Below are positions 9,030 to 18,377 of a stretch of DNA of 64,000 nucleotides, piece by piece. The translations under genes were made by a program, and so were the position numbers. Where the stretch lies: the sequence record PP885688.1; one strand, given 5' to 3'. Below the pieces are notes generated by a model. The model was not told the DNA's origin. It did no database searches and saw nothing but the letters and a program-made list of their open reading frames with translations. Within the stretch, counting starts at the first letter, position 1, and each line of letters opens with the position of its first letter.

Positions 9030-9365
9030 TTACTTCTTGAAAAAGATTTTCGTTTTGTCGAGTAATTTGTGAGCGTGGGCCAGCGTGGACAGTTCATCCT
9101 GCTTCGCCTGCTGGTAGGCGAGGTACGCTTCGGCCTCCCACGTATGTACAAACCCGCAGGTCTTGGTGCGGACCTGATCAGCGGAGTGGAGCACGTGGTT
9201 GAGGATGCGAGCCGCCAGGACACGGACCTCTTTGGGAGCATCCTCGTCGATCGCAACGACGCTGCTCTCGATACGTTTCAATGCATCACTGGCTTCGGCA
9301 AGACGGGACTTCAGAGCAGCAACTTCCTTGTCGAGGAAGAAGGACACGATGAGACGACGGAACAT
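9030..9365 (-). CDS. hypothetical protein
   Basis: 111 aa, GGAGG RBS. Confidence 0.6.
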   Translation of the reverse strand: MFRRLIVSFFLDKEVAALKSRLAEASDALKRIESSVVAIDEDAPKEVRVLAARILNHVLHSADQVRTKTCGFVHTWEAEAYLAYQQAKQDELSTLAHAHKLLDKTKIFFKK

Positions 9366-9391
9366 GGGGACACCTCCTACCGTGGGGTCCC

Positions 9392-10483
9392 CTAGTTGAT
9401 TGCTTCAATCCTGCTGGAAAACGTCTTACCCTGGGAGTGCGTGATGAGGTCACGGTAGCTACGGGTGTAGCCGAGGAGCCGCAGCAGCTTGGCGTCGTCG
9501 TGTACCCCGTTCTGGTGCGCAACCATGAGCCATACGTCGTCGGTGCCCATGCGCTCCAGGCTCGCTATGGCGGCCAGCTGCCCGTCGGAGAGGTTCGGCT
9601 CATTCCTGTAGAGATCGCTCAGCCAAGTCACCTTGTAGGTCAGGTCTTCACTGGGCGTCTGTTCGCCACAGTCTTGAACGAGGCACATGCCGGTCATCTT
9701 GCCGTGGAAGTAGACCACACGCACCACTGGCGCTTGCGTCATGTGGATCGATTGCGAGAGCTCGACCTCGGTGCTGTACTCCTCTTCGCTCATACCCGGG
9801 AGGTAAGGGTCGGCGTTGCAGAGGCTGAGCACGTTGCCGGGTGTGAAGATGGCGTTGTTCGCGTTGATTGGCGCAGTAGGGAACTGCTTCATGATCACAA
9901 GGACGCGGCGGAGCGCAGAGGTCATGATGACGCCGCGCTCATAGGCGAGCAGCATGCGGGCCGACTTGCGGTTGGCCGCATCGTCACCACGGTTGCCCCA
10001 GGGGCCGATGTCGCTGCGGTAGTCGAGGCCGGTCTGGCAGACGCCGGGTGTGTTCGGGACGTTCCCCCACTTCTTCGAGGAGATATTGGCGACGGGGCCG
10101 GTGCCGCCATCGTGAGACTGTCCGACGAAGCTGGCCCAGTCATACTCCTCGGGGCGCTGCAGGCCCTCAGGCGTATAGGTGAAGGGTTGACCACGGTGCT
10201 GGAGGTCGGCGATCTCTGTGACCCAGTCATTGTCGTTCCCCTGGTTGGGGCTCTCCTGGGTGACCTGATAGATGTGATTGGAGACGGCCATGCGGCGGTA
10301 CATGCTGTTGCCACCGGCAAGGGAGAAGAGCCAGCTGACCGAAAGCCACAGGCCGACGAAGAGGAGCAGGCCGCCCCACTTCACCAGAGAAAGCAGCATA
10401 AAGAAAGGGGTCAGGGCTACATGTTCCAGCTCGGTGATGTCCGCCTGCTGGTCTTCCATCCGTTCGTGGCGTGCGTCGTTCAT
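9392..10483 (-). CDS. hypothetical membrane-anchored protein
   Basis: N-terminal hydrophobic segment (FMLLSLVKWGGLLLFVGLWLSVSWLF); class A motif immediately upstream. Confidence 0.7.
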   Translation of the reverse strand: MNDARHERMEDQQADITELEHVALTPFFMLLSLVKWGGLLLFVGLWLSVSWLFSLAGGNSMYRRMAVSNHIYQVTQESPNQGNDNDWVTEIADLQHRGQPFTYTPEGLQRPEEYDWASFVGQSHDGGTGPVANISSKKWGNVPNTPGVCQTGLDYRSDIGPWGNRGDDAANRKSARMLLAYERGVIMTSALRRVLVIMKQFPTAPINANNAIFTPGNVLSLCNADPYLPGMSEEEYSTEVELSQSIHMTQAPVVRVVYFHGKMTGMCLVQDCGEQTPSEDLTYKVTWLSDLYRNEPNLSDGQLAAIASLERMGTDDVWLMVAHQNGVHDDAKLLRLLGYTRSYRDLITHSQGKTFSSRIEAIN

Positions 10484-10488
10484 ACATT

Positions 10489-10519
10489 CAACCTACAAGG
10501 CTAGGTCGCTTTGAGATGA
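10489..10519 (-). promoter_or_regulatory. class A promoter motif (variant)
   Basis: TCATCTCA-N12-CTTGTAGGTTG. Confidence 0.6.
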
Positions 10520-11217
10520 CTTTCGGCCCTTTGTCCCAGATCTTTCTGCAGCCGGGAGTGGGCTTCCGCCACCTGTTCCACGAATTTCTGCGCGGCATAG
10601 AGGTGCAAAAGGACCCGTTCACCGGTCGGGGTGATGGTGTAGCCCTCGTCGTCCTGGCTGGCGATCAGCCCATACTGGTGGGCGACCATGACCATGGCCT
10701 CGGCCAGCGGCGTAATCATCGACCGGAGCAGCTTCTGGCGGTCGGCCTCGGTCAGATCCCAGTCCTGGTCCTTGAGTTCGACCCGCATGGAGCGCATGAA
10801 GGTGTCGACGAGGTCCCCGTCCGGGGATTCCGGCTTCGAGATCTCGTTGAGCATGACGAAGAGCAGCGATCGGTGCGCCTTGATGAAGACTGGAGCCAGG
10901 AGCCGCAGGTTCGACAGCAGAATCTCACCGACGATCGTGGTGACCGCGAACGTTCCGCCGGGCTGGTGAGCTCCCCTGAGCTGTGGATACTTCTCATGCT
11001 CGATCAGGGTGGGCAGGTTGGCGTACTTAGTGAGCAGCTCCTGGCCACGCTCCAGCATGATCTGGGCGAGATACTCGTCGTCGAACTGATTCTCTTCGGT
11101 GCAAACACCTTTGACGAGATCGTCGACCTCTTGGGTAACGTTACGGCTGTGAAAGCGCTGCTGCTGGAGGGCGCGGTGGAGATCTTCAACGGTGCGGAGT
11201 TCTAATAGCTGGCCCAT
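10501..11217 (-). CDS. hypothetical protein
   Basis: 238 aa; class B core 6 nt before ATG. Confidence 0.7.
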   Translation of the reverse strand: MGQLLELRTVEDLHRALQQQRFHSRNVTQEVDDLVKGVCTEENQFDDEYLAQIMLERGQELLTKYANLPTLIEHEKYPQLRGAHQPGGTFAVTTIVGEILLSNLRLLAPVFIKAHRSLLFVMLNEISKPESPDGDLVDTFMRSMRVELKDQDWDLTEADRQKLLRSMITPLAEAMVMVAHQYGLIASQDDEGYTITPTGERVLLHLYAAQKFVEQVAEAHSRLQKDLGQRAESHLKAT

Positions 11218-11233
11218 GTGTTCCTAATACCGG

Positions 11234-11536
11234 TCAGGAGGTCTGTTCCCTGAGTTCTGGTGCGAGATTTAGTTGATGAATGAGGAACCCTAGCAGCGAC
11301 GGGATGCTGCGGAAGGTCTCGCCGATGTTGTTATCGACCTGGGCCCGGTAGTAGTGACCCATGTAGATGTCGACGATCCACGGGATGTTATTGGTCGTGG
11401 CTGCATACCGGAGGTTCGGCACCCCCTTCTCCGATCTTCGTGGAGTGCAGACGGGTGCCGAGCTCGGTATGTTGGCCTGAAGAGCCCCTATGACGATGAG
11501 CAGGCTCTTCACCTTTGGTGGTTTGCGGTTTTTCAT
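11234..11536 (-). CDS. hypothetical protein
   Basis: 100 aa, ATGA overlap with helicase stop. Confidence 0.55.
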   Translation of the reverse strand: MKNRKPPKVKSLLIVIGALQANIPSSAPVCTPRRSEKGVPNLRYAATTNNIPWIVDIYMGHYYRAQVDNNIGETFRSIPSLLGFLIHQLNLAPELREQTS

Positions 11537-13074
11537 TTCGGCTTCAGAAACTTGAAGAACTGCCCCGGCTGTTTCTTGTGCTCCGGCTTGGGGGTTTCGA
11601 TGTTGACTTCGACCGCGCGTACGTCGTCGTCTTGTTCGCGGGCGATCATACCGGCGTTGATGTTGAGCTCGACCAGAGACGATGGAATGTTCGCGCCGCG
11701 ACGGTGCTTACACGTTCCCATCTTGAGCTGTGCCTGGGCGGAGAGCTCGTCGTTGGTGAAGACGTAGAAACAGTTGTCGAGGGACTTATCCATCTCCGAG
11801 AACTGAGCGATGCCGGTGGTCTCCCACGCGCCATCATTCGCGGTCGCATCCTCATAGCCCTTACGGTTGCCCTGTACCGGTGTGACCATGCAGAAGCCAT
11901 AGTCGCCGGTGTTGAGGGTCAGCTGCTTGGCATCTTGAATGATCGCCATCTTCGCAGCCTGCTGGTCCTTCACCCCCGGATCCCCGAGCAGCGTCAGGTA
12001 GTCGAGGATCACGAGGTCGAGGGGATGGATGTAGTTCTCCCGCTCGATGATCGCTTTGACGTCGGTCCAGGTACGCGCTGCCTTCGGGTCGATGACGATG
12101 ATGTTCTTACCGACCGTGGCCGCGAAGTCGTGACTGACCTCGTCCATGAAGATCTGGTACTCAGCGTCAGTCATCTCGCCAGCGTCGTACTTGCGCCGGT
12201 TGAGATTGCTCAGCTTGAACTTCTTGCCCGAAGCGTGAGCGTGCATGACGTTGTAGGCCGTCAGCTCTTCCTTGAACTCTGACTCCAGCGGGATGTGAAG
12301 TACGCGGAAGCCCTGCTTGGCGGCGTTATAGGCCATCGTGCGGACGACAGCGGTCTTACGCTGGCCGGTGTAGCCCAGAATGCCGTTCAGTTCCTTGCGG
12401 CGCAGTCCACCCATGTGTCCATCGATCAGGGGAATGCCAGTGGGGATGAAGAGCTTCCCCTTCAGCCGGGCGTCACGGTCGCGGTCATAGTTGTCCTGCA
12501 GGTGGTTGCGGTACTCAGACAGCAGGCCGCCCTCGGCACGTACGTCATTGACGAGAATGCCGCGCTGGAACTTCTCCATCATGTAGTTCAGCGAATCGCG
12601 CGTTCCGCTCAGCGCCGGTAGAGGCTTGAAGTTGGTCGAGTTGGGGTGTGGGATCGACCCAATGACGATCTGCTTGGCGACCTCCAGCACGCGCTCCAAC
12701 CGCGTCTTCTCGAAGTCGTCGACACGCAGCTGCAGGTACGCATCCATATCGGCGTGCGTGATCTCCTTGAGATCCATCGCGTGCTTGTCGTAAGCCTCCA
12801 GCAGATCGAGGATGACCTTCGGCTTGCTGCGATTGCGCACCAGCATGTCCGACGTCTCGCGAGTCGGAGTCTTCTTGTAGGAGGTCCAGTGCTCCCACAC
12901 GATACCGATCAGAGACATCTCCGCCTTACTGCAGACGCGCTCGATGGTGTGACGGGTACGGGTGACCCACTCCATCACCTTGTCGGTGCGCTCGATCTCC
13001 GCGTCTGATCCGTCGTCGCGGAACATCGCGTGGAGCATCTGAAAATACGGGCGTGGTTCTAGCTCAAAATCCAT
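11533..13074 (-). CDS. DnaB-like replicative helicase
   Basis: IPTGIPLID..GGL, Walker A variant GYTGQRKT, LVILDYLTLL, VTPVQGNR, KHRRG. Confidence 0.85.
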   Translation of the reverse strand: MDFELEPRPYFQMLHAMFRDDGSDAEIERTDKVMEWVTRTRHTIERVCSKAEMSLIGIVWEHWTSYKKTPTRETSDMLVRNRSKPKVILDLLEAYDKHAMDLKEITHADMDAYLQLRVDDFEKTRLERVLEVAKQIVIGSIPHPNSTNFKPLPALSGTRDSLNYMMEKFQRGILVNDVRAEGGLLSEYRNHLQDNYDRDRDARLKGKLFIPTGIPLIDGHMGGLRRKELNGILGYTGQRKTAVVRTMAYNAAKQGFRVLHIPLESEFKEELTAYNVMHAHASGKKFKLSNLNRRKYDAGEMTDAEYQIFMDEVSHDFAATVGKNIIVIDPKAARTWTDVKAIIERENYIHPLDLVILDYLTLLGDPGVKDQQAAKMAIIQDAKQLTLNTGDYGFCMVTPVQGNRKGYEDATANDGAWETTGIAQFSEMDKSLDNCFYVFTNDELSAQAQLKMGTCKHRRGANIPSSLVELNINAGMIAREQDDDVRAVEVNIETPKPEHKKQPGQFFKFLKPK

Positions 13075-13077
13075 GCT

Positions 13078-14700
13078 TTACCTGAATTCAATGGAGTCCA
13101 GCCACCATTTGGGGAGGATGTCCTGGTTCTGTTGCAGAAAACGCCCGAAGTCGGCGTCGAGAATGATCGTGGTGGCGTAGTCTTCGGCGGAGCGCACACT
13201 GCGGCCAGTTGCCTGCACCAGAGTCAGCGCAGTCTGCAGCTGGTACCACTTGGGGTCGCGCTCCATACGGACGCGGTTGTAGGGATCGAGGAAGGGATAG
13301 GGAACCTTCGTGATGATTTGCACGCGGGAGAGATCGTCCTTGAGATCAAGGCCTTCAGTCATCGAAGGACTCATCAGGATCGTTGGGTCGGTGCTCACAA
13401 CATGCTTTTCAATAGCTGCTTCTCGCGAACCCGGGATATTACTGTGGGTCACGATGCGGTAGTCGTTCGTTGTCTGGCTGAACGCATTCGACAGGTAGGT
13501 GTTGATCTTGTACGAGTGCGTGTGGACGATGCCCTTCTTGTCCACGAACTTCGGCGAATTCAGAATGGCGTTGGTGCGCTCAAACGCACGCGGCAGAGAG
13601 GCCTCGATATTCTTCGCGCCCATGCTGCCGACCGGCCAGTACACTATCCGGCGATTGGGAAGAGGGAAGTCCGATGGTGTTGCGTACTGAACCGCTGTCG
13701 ACGCCTTGATGCCTAGGTTGCGGCGGAAGGTGGCGAAGTCCAGAATCGTCGCCGACATCAGCAGTACGTTGGGTGACTGATCGAACAGGTACCGTTGCGC
13801 GAAGTTCGCTGCGGTGAGCGGCTTGATGCAAAGGCTGCCGTTGTTATCGGACCACTCGAACCACTGCTCCGGCTCGTCGGTGTCCATGTACGTCTCAAGG
13901 TTGTTGAGCAGTTGCTGGAAGGTCTCGATGCGATCGAGGAGAGCGGGCTTAGGCTGTACGCCGCTGTCCTTCACCGATTCGAGCTCTTCCTTCAACGAAC
14001 GCAGATAGGAGCCAGCTGCAGGCACGTAGGTCTTATGCAGCCAGTTGCGAACACTGCGCCCATCGCCCGCGTTGAAGTTCGGGACGCGACCAGCATCGAC
14101 GTCAGTCGCCTTATGCTGGGTGATGGTGATCTCGACCATCGAGAGAATCTCGCGCTCGATGTTGTGCGCCTCGTCGGCGATGAGGTAGTCGCGGGGGGTG
14201 AGCTCTCCGCTGTGCATCGTCTCAGTGAGGAAGTAGGAGTAGTTGGTGACGCCGAGCTTGCCGGTGGTGTAACGGTTCTTCGCGTCACGATACGGGCAGC
14301 CTTCGCAGGTCCGGCCCTTGTTCATGTCCGTGCCGGTCTTACAGTCCTGAGGCAGGAACTTGATGCACTTGTAGTTCCGCTTACCGCGTAGCTCTACCAG
14401 ACCCTTGCTGCCGAAGTCGTTGACCAGCTGGGCTGCGAGCGAGTTCTGGGACGTCAGGTAGTGAGCGCCCGATCCATTCTTCTGCTTGGAGGCGTCGATC
14501 GCTGCGGCGAGGCCGATGCCCGACTTACCGCCGCCGGTGGGGATCTCAAGGATGGTGAATTGTTTGTCGGTGTCACGTGCTTCGGCGACTACCGAGAGGG
14601 AAGACTCCTGTGCTGGGCGCACAGTGGGGAAGGGAAAGTTTTCTTTGAGACCATCCAGTGTTGTGGGTTGGTCGATTGTGACTAGTTCGTCCGGGGCCAT
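13078..14700 (-). CDS. dinG: DinG/YoaA-family ATP-dependent helicase
   Basis: EIPTGGGKS, Cys cluster (CIKF..C..CEGCPY), IADEAHN, MSATI, EGLDL, KVPYP, QATGRSVRSAEDY. Confidence 0.9.
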   Translation of the reverse strand: MAPDELVTIDQPTTLDGLKENFPFPTVRPAQESSLSVVAEARDTDKQFTILEIPTGGGKSGIGLAAAIDASKQKNGSGAHYLTSQNSLAAQLVNDFGSKGLVELRGKRNYKCIKFLPQDCKTGTDMNKGRTCEGCPYRDAKNRYTTGKLGVTNYSYFLTETMHSGELTPRDYLIADEAHNIEREILSMVEITITQHKATDVDAGRVPNFNAGDGRSVRNWLHKTYVPAAGSYLRSLKEELESVKDSGVQPKPALLDRIETFQQLLNNLETYMDTDEPEQWFEWSDNNGSLCIKPLTAANFAQRYLFDQSPNVLLMSATILDFATFRRNLGIKASTAVQYATPSDFPLPNRRIVYWPVGSMGAKNIEASLPRAFERTNAILNSPKFVDKKGIVHTHSYKINTYLSNAFSQTTNDYRIVTHSNIPGSREAAIEKHVVSTDPTILMSPSMTEGLDLKDDLSRVQIITKVPYPFLDPYNRVRMERDPKWYQLQTALTLVQATGRSVRSAEDYATTIILDADFGRFLQQNQDILPKWWLDSIEFR

Positions 14701-14705
14701 GAACG

Positions 14706-14739
14706 CTAATACCGTTCCGAGGGCCCCTTCCCTCGATAT
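14706..14739 (-). promoter_or_regulatory. class B promoter motif
   Basis: GATATC-N20-GGTATTAG, 5 nt before dinG ATG. Confidence 0.7.
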
Positions 14740-14744
14740 CTATT

Positions 14745-15410
14745 TCAGATATTCCTGTAGCAGTCCGAAGTGCATGAGAACTCACGCACAAGTCCGCCTT
14801 CACACACAGCCCACTCGTGGTCTTCGAGCAGATCAAGAAGATCCTCAGCGAGCAAGCCGATGGTGTCGCGCAGCTGGTCGTTCGAGACTGCGTCTGGATG
14901 GAAGGTGTGGATGTGTTCGATCTCGCGCTTGAAGCGTTTGCCGACCTCTTCATGCAACGAGCCTGCAGCCACGCACGCTGTCACCAGCTTGTAGGCTTCT
15001 TTCAATCGCGGCCTGGGGAGATCAGTGTGATCGTGCAGGCAGTTCAGCTTCAGCCACAACTTGGTGCGCTCTGTGAGCGCTGCCCAGCGTGGTGCCTTGC
15101 GCGTCTCCAACACCTCAGAGACGTCGTCGTACATGCCTTCGATCTGGAGGTAGCGTTTGGCCTCATGGAGATCATCCGGGCTGAGAGCAACGAATCGCTC
15201 GCGGCGGCGGATCTTCTCCGCGATCACCAGGTCCATATCGCAACGGGCCTTACCGGCGTTCGCAATCCCAGCCAGAGTGATCTGGTGGTAGGGAAGTTTG
15301 TGAAGTTCTTTTTCCGTGAAGACGCGCTCTTCTTCTAGGAGCTGCTGGCGGAATTCGGGGAAGGGGATGCGGGCGATGCCGTGCGGATCGATGTTGATGT
15401 GCAAACTCAA
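14745..15410 (-). CDS. hypothetical protein
   Basis: 221 aa ORF overlapping upstream stop. Confidence 0.6.
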   Translation of the reverse strand: MSLHINIDPHGIARIPFPEFRQQLLEEERVFTEKELHKLPYHQITLAGIANAGKARCDMDLVIAEKIRRRERFVALSPDDLHEAKRYLQIEGMYDDVSEVLETRKAPRWAALTERTKLWLKLNCLHDHTDLPRPRLKEAYKLVTACVAAGSLHEEVGKRFKREIEHIHTFHPDAVSNDQLRDTIGLLAEDLLDLLEDHEWAVCEGGLVREFSCTSDCYRNI

Positions 15411-15724
15411 ACAGAGACTCCTCGGGTGACTTCAAGTACAGCGCCGTTTTGATCCCAGCGAATGCCGAGGGTGTCTTGGTGACCTTCATAGACGCCGGTG
15501 ACGACCGCGTAGCCGCTCCAGTAGGAGAAGGGGTGCTTGCCGCGATCCTCGACCTTGACGCCGGTGAGGCTAACGCTATGGACCTTGGAGGCCTCGAACT
15601 GTCCGAGCTCTGCCAGCCAGTCGAAGTAGCGGGGGTTGGTCTTCCAGAGCGCCTCATCCCGCTGGCGCTGTTCCGTCTCGTTGTACTCTTCGAGACCGTC
15701 GTCAATATCCTGATTGTGATTCAC
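15407..15724 (-). CDS. hypothetical protein
   Basis: 105 aa, AGGAG RBS, class B motif at 15746. Confidence 0.65.
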   Translation of the reverse strand: MNHNQDIDDGLEEYNETEQRQRDEALWKTNPRYFDWLAELGQFEASKVHSVSLTGVKVEDRGKHPFSYWSGYAVVTGVYEGHQDTLGIRWDQNGAVLEVTRGVSV

Positions 15725-15775
15725 TGATCGTCAAACTCCTGTACCCTAATACCCTAAAACAGGGCAGGAAGGCGT

Positions 15776-15994
15776 TTATTGACGTCCGCGAGATGGAAAA
15801 TTGTGGATATTTTCTCCGAGCCATGGGAAGTCCCGCTTCGCTCCAGAGTCGGTCATCATGTTCATCTTGTTGCCAGGGGTCTTGTGCTCAGTCATCGGCG
15901 TGGAGGTGTCCTCGATGTTCATGTCGCCGTTGTCGGAGACCTCACCCTTCTGATCCATTCCGTATGCCCGGCGGCGTAGCAGCTTCGCTCTCAT
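15776..15994 (-). CDS. small protein with KLLxRRA N-terminal motif
   Basis: Start moved to MRAKLLRRRA, GAGGG RBS; motif shared with 20708..23269 and 34840..35796. Confidence 0.6.
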   Translation of the reverse strand: MRAKLLRRRAYGMDQKGEVSDNGDMNIEDTSTPMTEHKTPGNKMNMMTDSGAKRDFPWLGENIHNFPSRGRQ

Positions 15995-16029
15995 AGGTCG
16001 GTCCCTCACTAGGAGGGACCGTAGCTAGT

Positions 16030-16401
16030 TCAGAGGGTTTCGGGTATCTTTTCGACGATGTTCGAAACCGGTGCCAGGGAACCCTTCTGCAGGTAGTAGC
16101 CGATGACCTTGCCGTTCGCGTCTGCGAGACAATCCAGGTTATAGGAGTAGCCCTTTGCCTCGCAGTACGCGATGACATAGGGGAGGAGCATCCGAGCTCC
16201 TGAGTGGTTGGTGCCACCACGATCCTCGAAGGCCTGGATGGTTTGCTTGACCGAGGCGACAGAGGGCCGGTTACGGGCCGGGGTGGAGAGTGGGAAGACT
16301 TCGGGTGCCCGATGCCTGCCGTCCATCTCGAGAATCTCGAGGATCCCGGGGTTATGGACCTGGGGAGACCCAGGCCTGCGATGTGTTACGAGTGCTGACA
16401 C
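16030..16401 (-). CDS. hypothetical protein
   Basis: 123 aa in operon context; start uncertain. Confidence 0.55.
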   Translation of the reverse strand: MSALVTHRRPGSPQVHNPGILEILEMDGRHRAPEVFPLSTPARNRPSVASVKQTIQAFEDRGGTNHSGARMLLPYVIAYCEAKGYSYNLDCLADANGKVIGYYLQKGSLAPVSNIVEKIPETL

Positions 16402-16434
16402 GTTCTCTCCTTCAAAGCCGTTCAGTGTTGGTGG

Positions 16435-16698
16435 TTATTCCAGAAGTCCGATGGCGCGGCGAACCTCTTGAGCCTTCTTGCGGGAACCTGCTTCCTCCCC
16501 GTGGCGATATCCGACTGCGTAGAGGCGGGTCACAGCTTCGAGCTGTTCAATCTCCCAGTTCCCGTGCAGGGTTGCGATGTACCTCTCAAAATCTCCATCC
16601 ATGATTCTGTAATCGTCGCCCTTCTTCAGGACGTTGAGGTCCCCAAAGTTTCCGGCGAGTACGATCTCCTGCTCTACTTTTGGTTCTGTCGCTTCCAT
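16435..16698 (-). CDS. hypothetical protein
   Basis: 87 aa, GAGGAG RBS. Confidence 0.65.
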   Translation of the reverse strand: MEATEPKVEQEIVLAGNFGDLNVLKKGDDYRIMDGDFERYIATLHGNWEIEQLEAVTRLYAVGYRHGEEAGSRKKAQEVRRAIGLLE

Positions 16699-16710
16699 GG
16701 GCTCCTCTTT

Positions 16711-16962
16711 CTAGTTGGTGGTCTTGCTGACGGTCAGAAGCGCTTCGCTCTGAACCACGGTGAAGCCGAGTTCCCGCAGAGTCTGGGCAGCTGCCGAGGC
16801 GAGACGGTTCGCGCGTGTCTCGCTATCGTTCTGGATCGTGACTGTGACCTGTTCCGGGATTGGGGAGCCTGAGACGAGCACACCCTCGTGAAACCGGTCT
16901 GAACAGATGACGAACCCGGCCTTCTTCAATAGCTTGCTGACGTACTGCGGACTTGTCGCCAT
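16711..16962 (-). CDS. hypothetical protein
   Basis: Start moved to MATSPQY, AGGAG RBS. Confidence 0.6.
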   Translation of the reverse strand: MATSPQYVSKLLKKAGFVICSDRFHEGVLVSGSPIPEQVTVTIQNDSETRANRLASAAAQTLRELGFTVVQSEALLTVSKTTN

Positions 16963-16973
16963 CGGTTTGTCTC

Positions 16974-17117
16974 CTATTTCCGGACGAGCAGCTTCCTGAA
17001 CCACGCCTTCAAGTCGTACTTGTGGCGGCCTGGGTGCGCCATCCCCATAGGATGGATACACTCACCAAACCACGGGTGTCGGCCTGCCTGGCAATCGTAG
17101 AACTTCATCATCGGCAT
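16974..17117 (-). CDS. small hypothetical protein (47 aa, below ORF-track cutoff)
   Basis: MPMMKFYDCQAGRHPWFGECIHPMG..RK*, GAGGA RBS, fills the gap exactly. Confidence 0.5.
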   Translation of the reverse strand: MPMMKFYDCQAGRHPWFGECIHPMGMAHPGRHKYDLKAWFRKLLVRK

Positions 17118-17130
17118 TCTTGTTTCCTCA

Positions 17131-17364
17131 CTAGATCTTCACTGCTGTTACAAACTGTTGGCCGGAGCCTTCGAGCGGTTCGCGGAATACACCGGACACC
17201 ATCCATTTTCCAGCATGAAGGTAGCAGCCAATAACCGCAACATTTGAGCTGATGTTCATGCTGCGTTTGGTCACGATGGTTCCGTCGGGAAGCGTCGCCT
17301 GATAGGTCGTTGACTTCTTTCCGGAATTCGCTCCCTGCTGGCCTTTCTTACCGTAAGTTGACAT
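17131..17364 (-). CDS. hypothetical protein
   Basis: Start moved to MSTYGKK, GGAGGG RBS. Confidence 0.6.
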   Translation of the reverse strand: MSTYGKKGQQGANSGKKSTTYQATLPDGTIVTKRSMNISSNVAVIGCYLHAGKWMVSGVFREPLEGSGQQFVTAVKI

Positions 17365-17518
17365 GGTGCCCTCCCATCCCCGCATCAGCAACTCGCGTGC
17401 TTTTTGAATCCTTTGGCGCTGGCCTTGGTGTCCGGAGACGGTAGGCACGGGCTGTAGATAAGCAATCGCCGATGTTGTAAATGCTGATGCCGGGATGGCA
17501 AGGCATCTTGCCATGAAG

Positions 17519-17926
17519 CTAAAACGGGCAGTAATCTTCGCGGCTGGGATCCTCCGTCTGGGTTGGGGTGTCGACAATGGCTACCTTCGGGGAGCGGACG
17601 CCGATCATGAAGTCGGAGTCGCAAACCTCTTCGGGGTTACGAGCCAGGTAGTCGGCGTCTGCCTCTTCGCGGGTGTTGAAGACGGCAAGAATATGGATGA
17701 TGTCGCCAAGGATGGCGTCTGTGCGGGGGCAGAAGGTGGTGGCTGAGGAGAAAACAACGTGCTTACCCTCTCCGATCAAAACTTCCATCTTGTGGCGATC
17801 GTTCGAGCTCACTGACTGTTCGAGGGAAAACTCTGACCGGGACACCGCAAAGGCGGCCTGCGACTCGTTCTGGTAGCGGCCCATCTCGAACTGGCGTTCT
17901 TCCTCTTCTTGAATGTTTCCAAACAT
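17519..17926 (-). CDS. hypothetical protein
   Basis: Start moved to MFGNIQ, AAGGAG RBS, class A motif upstream. Confidence 0.65.
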   Translation of the reverse strand: MFGNIQEEEERQFEMGRYQNESQAAFAVSRSEFSLEQSVSSNDRHKMEVLIGEGKHVVFSSATTFCPRTDAILGDIIHILAVFNTREEADADYLARNPEEVCDSDFMIGVRSPKVAIVDTPTQTEDPSREDYCPF

Positions 17927-17953
17927 TGTGTTCTCTCCTTGTGCCTTCTTACT

Positions 17954-18039
17954 CAACCTACGGACCCGGAAGCGCCAAAGATGAAAATCTAAAAATCTTT
18001 TTTCAAAGTCATTTTTTGAGGGGTCGACCTTGCAGGTTG
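17954..18039. promoter_or_regulatory. divergent pair of class A promoter motifs
   Basis: Minus copy 17954-17984 (TCATCTTT-N12-TCCGTAGGTTG) and plus copy 18009-18039 (TCATTTTT-N12-CTTGCAGGTTG). Confidence 0.65.
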
Positions 18040-18044
18040 TAGGT

Positions 18045-18377
18045 ATGGATAGATTCTTCATAGCTAGACCTTATAGGTATGCGGACGGCGTGCCATGGAA
18101 CGACGACCGCTACGAGATCTTCGTGCTCAATGACAAGCGGGAGCTGGTCAGCGTCGGCGGTGCCATGCGCCGCTGGGACGGGAACACCATCGCTTTCCTG
18201 TGTAAGAAGGCGGTCAATCGCGAGATCCGCACGCCGGTGCAAGCTGAGGCGAAGACCAAAGGCCTGTACGTCTACGGCACCAGCGTGAAGCGGGCCCTGA
18301 ATACTCTCAAGTGGAAGTATCCGGACCCGGAGGCTTTGCTGGCGGAGATCTGGCAACAGGAGATGGCTGCTTTCTAA
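18045..18377 (+). CDS. hypothetical protein
   Basis: Plus-strand ORF MDRFFIARP right after a class A motif. Confidence 0.65.
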   Translation: MDRFFIARPYRYADGVPWNDDRYEIFVLNDKRELVSVGGAMRRWDGNTIAFLCKKAVNREIRTPVQAEAKTKGLYVYGTSVKRALNTLKWKYPDPEALLAEIWQQEMAAF

